The notes beneath the pieces were generated by a model. It was not told where the DNA came from, made no database searches, and worked only from the letters and a program-made list of their open reading frames with translations. From contig JBFJOD010000055.1 in the NCBI GenBank assembly GCA_041617795.1, positions 1-20,109 of the forward strand: a stretch of 20,109 bases of DNA. Reading direction: 5' to 3'. This document shows, one piece after another, positions 16,439-20,109 of the stretch. The number at the start of each line of letters is the position of its first letter. The first letter of the stretch is position 1. The position numbers and the translations under genes were made by a program. This DNA comes from Gemmatimonadota bacterium (GTDB lineage Bacteria; Gemmatimonadota; Gemmatimonadetes; Palauibacterales; KS3-K002).

Positions 16439-17287
16439 CTAGTTGACCTCCCGGCCCGTCAGTTCGGCGGGCACCAGCCGGAATCTCGGCCGATACTGCT
16501 TTACCTCGGCGTCATACTCGAAATCACCCTCAAGCTTGTAGCGCGAGCGCACCTTGTGCGTGACACCGGGACGTCCCGATCGCGTGATGAAGACGATGAA
16601 CTCGACCGCCTCCTCATCGAACGATGTGAATCTCGCACAGCAGAGGTACTCGCCCTCCTCGAGCAGGTGGTCGATGTCCGCGTATACGATCGGCACGTCG
16701 ACCAGCCGCCCGTCCGCACCCAGCGCGAACAGTAGGTCCTCGGTCACACCACCGCTCCCCGTCTGAGCGTAGCGCACGTGGAGCAGGTTCACGTCGAAGC
16801 GGCGACTGCGAAACTTCAAGGTCTCGAGCCGCGCGACAAAGCCGATACCGATATCCAACTCGGCGACATAGAGCACGCGATATAGCGAGTCCTCCCGCAG
16901 CGCCACGACACCGCGCCTCATCAGCTCAACGCCTTCCCTCGGCGGCGTATGCAGAGCGATGAACACATCGCGGTGTTCGAGGATGCCGCCCCGACGCTCT
17001 TCGCTCACGAACCGCGCTTTCATCGTCGTTAGCCGCCCAGGATGGGCGCGGACTAGTTCGCGAGCCGCTTCATATACCGAGTCGGCGGGGAGAGTGGCCA
17101 CGAGCTCGGTCTTGCTGACTAGCTCGCCGATGGTGACCTGGGCGTGAAGCGCTGGCGGCACGACCAGGTAAAGAACAGAAAGGCAGGTGACGGTGGCAGG
17201 GCCACCCGCGAGCAGCGCGGAGGGCCCGTGTGACTTCCAGCGGCTAGAGGCCACAGCCCCGGCTCCGGCTCGCGCCCTGTCGCTCAT
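16439..17287 (-). CDS. Hypothetical secreted protein (283 aa), translationally coupled to the tricorn protease gene
   Basis: The ATG at 17285-17287 overlaps the tricorn stop TGA (17284-17286) as ATGA. The signal-like N-terminus is ...GPATVTCLSVLYLVVPPALHAQ. The ORF-track N-terminal extension (16439..17809) is Arg-rich antisense of the tricorn gene and was rejected. Confidence 0.6.
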   Translation of the reverse strand: MSDRARAGAGAVASSRWKSHGPSALLAGGPATVTCLSVLYLVVPPALHAQVTIGELVSKTELVATLPADSVYEAARELVRAHPGRLTTMKARFVSEERRGGILEHRDVFIALHTPPREGVELMRRGVVALREDSLYRVLYVAELDIGIGFVARLETLKFRSRRFDVNLLHVRYAQTGSGGVTEDLLFALGADGRLVDVPIVYADIDHLLEEGEYLCCARFTSFDEEAVEFIVFITRSGRPGVTHKVRSRYKLEGDFEYDAEVKQYRPRFRLVPAELTGREVN

Positions 17288-20109
17288 CTGTTCCGCGCCT
17301 CTCCACTGGTCACCTGGTAGTCGAACGCCCGGTTCGGATAGGGCGGAGCCGGCGGCACCGCCCGCGGATCCCGTTCGATCTGTTCGAGCAGATAGGCGAT
17401 GGCCGCATCGAGCTGCGCGTCCCCGCCGTTGAAGGTCGCATGCGGCAGGTTGTCTACCACGATGTCCGGCACGACCCCGATCTGCTCGATCAGCCAGGCG
17501 CCCTCGGGACCGTAGACACCGGTCATCGGCGCCCGGGCGATCCCACCGTCGCTCAGCCGGTTGGACGAGCTCAGCCAAATCTCGCCGCCCCAGGTGCGCA
17601 TCCCGATCACCGGGCCCAGCCCCAGCCGCCGAAAGCCTTCGGCGAACGCTTCGCCGTCGGAGGCGGTGTTTTGATCTACCAGCACGACCATGTGGCCGCG
17701 GAAGGCATACTGCATGTTCCAGGTCGGCTGGCCGACGCGGCCCTTCCAATAGAACCAGGCGCGCCGCAGCAGCTTCTCTAAGATGAAGCTGTCGATGTTG
17801 CCGCCCCAATTGTTGCGCACATCGATGATCAGTCCTTGCCGGTTAAAGACGGGATAGAAGTTGCGGTACCACTGGGTGATGTCGTTCGAACCCATGGCCC
17901 GCAGATGCACGTAGCCGATCTTCCCTTCGCCTCTTTCGTCGACGGCCTGGCGGCGCGTGTACTCCCAATCGCTGTAGCGTAACCCGAACTCAGCGGCGGT
18001 AGGCACGACGATGACCTCGCGCGAAGCGCCGGCCGGGACGGAGCCGCGGCCGCCCGATCGCACGCTGAGCAGTACCTGGCGGCCCTCCTGGTTACGGAGC
18101 AGCGCGCCGATGTCGGGGACCTGGAGCGTGGCGACGCCGTTCACCGCTTCGATCACGTCGCCGGCGTGGATATCGACGTCCGGGTCGGCCAATGGCGACA
18201 TCTCGTCGGGGTAATCGGGGTCCGACCGATAGATGTAGTCGATGCGGTAGCCTCCGGCGCCCGGGTCGCGTATCAGCCGCGCCCCTAACGTGGCCACCGG
18301 GATCCTGTCATCGCCTCGGCGCAGATCACCGCCGCGCACACTGGTATGAAGCGCCGACAGCTCGCCGACCACCCGGCCGATGACATCGGACAGCTCGTCC
18401 CGAGTGGTGACCCGATCGACCAGCGGCAGATACTTCTGCAGCGTGGCATCCCAATCGACACCATGCATGTTGGGATCGTAGAAGTAGTCGCGCTCCAACC
18501 GCCACGCATCGACGAAGATCTGCCGCCAGTCTTCCTTAACATCGATTGGAAACGTCCAGCCGCTCAGATCGACCTTGCTGTCACCAAGCTCGTTGGCTTT
18601 CGACGCTTTCGCTTCGATCACATATAGCGACTCGCCCTTGCGGACGAGGATCTTCTTGCCGTTCTGCGACAGCTCGAAGCTGCGGATGTCCTCGACCACC
18701 GTCTCGAACTTCGGCTTCTCGTTATCGATCTTGACCGCCATGAGATGGTAATCGGGATTCGGCCCCGACTCCCGCGCGCCCAAGAACAGCGCGTCCTCAG
18801 CAACATAGAGCCCGCTGTAGTTTCCCGATTCGACCGGCACCTGCTTCACCCTCGCCATCAACCCTTCCCGATCAATCTCGACCCTCTTCTCATTGTCGGT
18901 CTTCGCATCGCTATCCCCATCGCCCTCGCCATCCCGACTCAACTCGTCATCCGGCTTGAACGGCGAACGCAGCCCCTTCCTCAACGCCACATGAAAAACC
19001 TCGATCGGCTTGTCGAAATACGGCTCCGGCTGCCGCCAGCCCCAAGGACTCCCCACCAGCGAGCGCAGGTTACGGTCGGAGAGGAAGTAGATGAAGTCGC
19101 CAGCCGGATCCCACGCCGCACTGAAGCTGTTCACCCGATCGCTGGTCAGCGGCAGCGTCGCCCCGTCCTCGACTCCGTACAGCTTGATCTGCAGGAAGCT
19201 GTTCATCGCGCGCATCGTGTAGGCTAACCAGCGGCCGTCGGGCGACCAGCCCATGTCGCCGATGCCCTCCCGGCTTTCCGAGATCTTCCGCCGGTCACCG
19301 CTGGCGACGTTCAGCACCCAGAGATCGTTGTTCTTGTCGTCGTAAGCGACCCACTTTCCGTCCGGTGATGGGTAGCCGCGGTAGCGGAGGATGGTGCCGT
19401 CGTCGCTCAGCTGCCGGCCCGCGCCTACCCCGTTGGCCGGAAGCGTCACGAACTCCAGCTCGCCGGTCTCGTCGGACAGCCCCAGCAGTTGGTCGCCACC
19501 CGGCATGAACACGAGATCGCGGTAGCGCACGCCGGGCTGGCGCGACACCCGGACCAGCCGACCCTGTTTGGCCGGCGCGACAAACACCCGGCCGCGCGCC
19601 GTCAGCACCACGCTCTCACCGTCTGGGTGGATGTGCGCCGAGGTCAGGTATTCCAGCGGATCCTTCACCCACTTCTCGCGCAGCTGATCGAAGTCGGAGG
19701 CCAGCGAGATGGGAACCATCCGCGACTCGTCGCCGGCGATGTCGTAGAGCCAGAGGTCGGCGCCCAGCTGATAGACGATCCGGCCCTGCGATAGCGCGGG
19801 GCCCTTCACATCCCAGCCGCTATGGCGCGTGAGCTGGCGGATGTCACCGCCGTTTTCATCCATCGACCAGACGTTCATCGTCCCATCGCGGTCGCTGATA
19901 AAATAGACGCGCCCCGCCCACCAGTTCGGCGAGTGGCTCTCGCCGTCGTAGTCGCCGGTCAGCTCGATCGCCTCGTCGGCACCCGCCGCGAACTTCCAGA
20001 CGTCCCGCGCCGTGCCACCGGTGTAGCGCTTGGTGACATTGTTGTGGAAAGCCGGGCGCACGAAGAACAGCTGGTTCCCACTGTCGTCGTAGGTCGCCTC
20101 GCTGGCGCC
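17284..20109 (-). CDS. Tricorn-type protease (S41 family; beta-propellers plus PDZ plus S41 catalytic domain), 5' end beyond window
   Basis: The open frame continues upstream of the listed Met to the window edge. There are WD/TolB-like propeller repeats (...WSPDGRWLAY..., ...YPSPDGKWVAYDD...). The PDZ-like region is ...GDVIEAVNGV.... The C-terminal S41 domain is ...GYVHLRAMG...GLIIDVRNNWGGNIDSF...VVLVDQNTASDGEAFAEGF...MRTWGGEIWL... with the characteristic tricorn order. Confidence 0.85.
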   Translation of the reverse strand, partial: GASEATYDDSGNQLFFVRPAFHNNVTKRYTGGTARDVWKFAAGADEAIELTGDYDGESHSPNWWAGRVYFISDRDGTMNVWSMDENGGDIRQLTRHSGWDVKGPALSQGRIVYQLGADLWLYDIAGDESRMVPISLASDFDQLREKWVKDPLEYLTSAHIHPDGESVVLTARGRVFVAPAKQGRLVRVSRQPGVRYRDLVFMPGGDQLLGLSDETGELEFVTLPANGVGAGRQLSDDGTILRYRGYPSPDGKWVAYDDKNNDLWVLNVASGDRRKISESREGIGDMGWSPDGRWLAYTMRAMNSFLQIKLYGVEDGATLPLTSDRVNSFSAAWDPAGDFIYFLSDRNLRSLVGSPWGWRQPEPYFDKPIEVFHVALRKGLRSPFKPDDELSRDGEGDGDSDAKTDNEKRVEIDREGLMARVKQVPVESGNYSGLYVAEDALFLGARESGPNPDYHLMAVKIDNEKPKFETVVEDIRSFELSQNGKKILVRKGESLYVIEAKASKANELGDSKVDLSGWTFPIDVKEDWRQIFVDAWRLERDYFYDPNMHGVDWDATLQKYLPLVDRVTTRDELSDVIGRVVGELSALHTSVRGGDLRRGDDRIPVATLGARLIRDPGAGGYRIDYIYRSDPDYPDEMSPLADPDVDIHAGDVIEAVNGVATLQVPDIGALLRNQEGRQVLLSVRSGGRGSVPAGASREVIVVPTAAEFGLRYSDWEYTRRQAVDERGEGKIGYVHLRAMGSNDITQWYRNFYPVFNRQGLIIDVRNNWGGNIDSFILEKLLRRAWFYWKGRVGQPTWNMQYAFRGHMVVLVDQNTASDGEAFAEGFRRLGLGPVIGMRTWGGEIWLSSSNRLSDGGIARAPMTGVYGPEGAWLIEQIGVVPDIVVDNLPHATFNGGDAQLDAAIAYLLEQIERDPRAVPPAPPYPNRAFDYQVTSGEARNR

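Noticed and set aside
17288-17809. N-terminal 174 aa of the ORF-track call 16439..17809
   Set aside because: That part overlaps the tricorn coding region in antisense and is Arg/Gly-rich nonsense. The real gene starts at the ATG 17287, which overlaps the tricorn stop and is followed by a signal peptide.
1-20109. Searched for tRNA/rRNA, CRISPR arrays, IS/transposase, integrase and toxin-antitoxin pairs
   Set aside because: I found no cloverleaf-compatible segments, no regularly spaced direct repeats other than the hexamer microsatellite, and no ORFs with transposase, integrase or TA hallmarks.

Overview
This is a high-GC bacterial chromosomal window (roughly two-thirds G+C by eye) that is almost entirely coding. 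I found no rRNA, tRNA, CRISPR array, IS element or integrase.

The content is strongly dominated by secreted or lipoprotein hydrolases and peptidases:
- an S9 peptidase N-terminus, partial at the left edge;
- two adjacent amidohydrolase-family genes, one of them a giant two-domain fusion;
- a membrane DsbA-like thioredoxin and its upstream lipoprotein;
- a large unknown lipoprotein;
- a YtrA-type GntR regulator translationally coupled to an unusual polytopic SPFH/band-7 protein;
- a plus-strand operon of an S9 alpha/beta hydrolase, an M50 (site-2 protease family) metalloprotease and a DUF1579-like secreted protein;
- a minus-strand operon of an NTF2-like protein, a two-domain VOC ring-cleaving dioxygenase and an S33/TAP-like lipoprotein hydrolase;
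- a tricorn-type S41 protease, partial at the right edge, translationally coupled to an unknown secreted protein.

Three gene pairs overlap by ATGA. Shine-Dalgarno GGAGG motifs are common, and several starts are predicted at internal ATG codons rather than the ORF-track extremes, based on RBS and signal-peptide position. Taxonomy cannot be fixed from sequence alone; the gene content resembles Gemmatimonadota, Acidobacteriota or actinobacterial soil organisms, which is inference only.

The most interesting items are the pseudo-enzyme/enzyme amidohydrolase architecture, the regulator-SPFH pair, the tricorn-coupled unknown protein, and a hexanucleotide microsatellite inside a polypyrimidine promoter tract.
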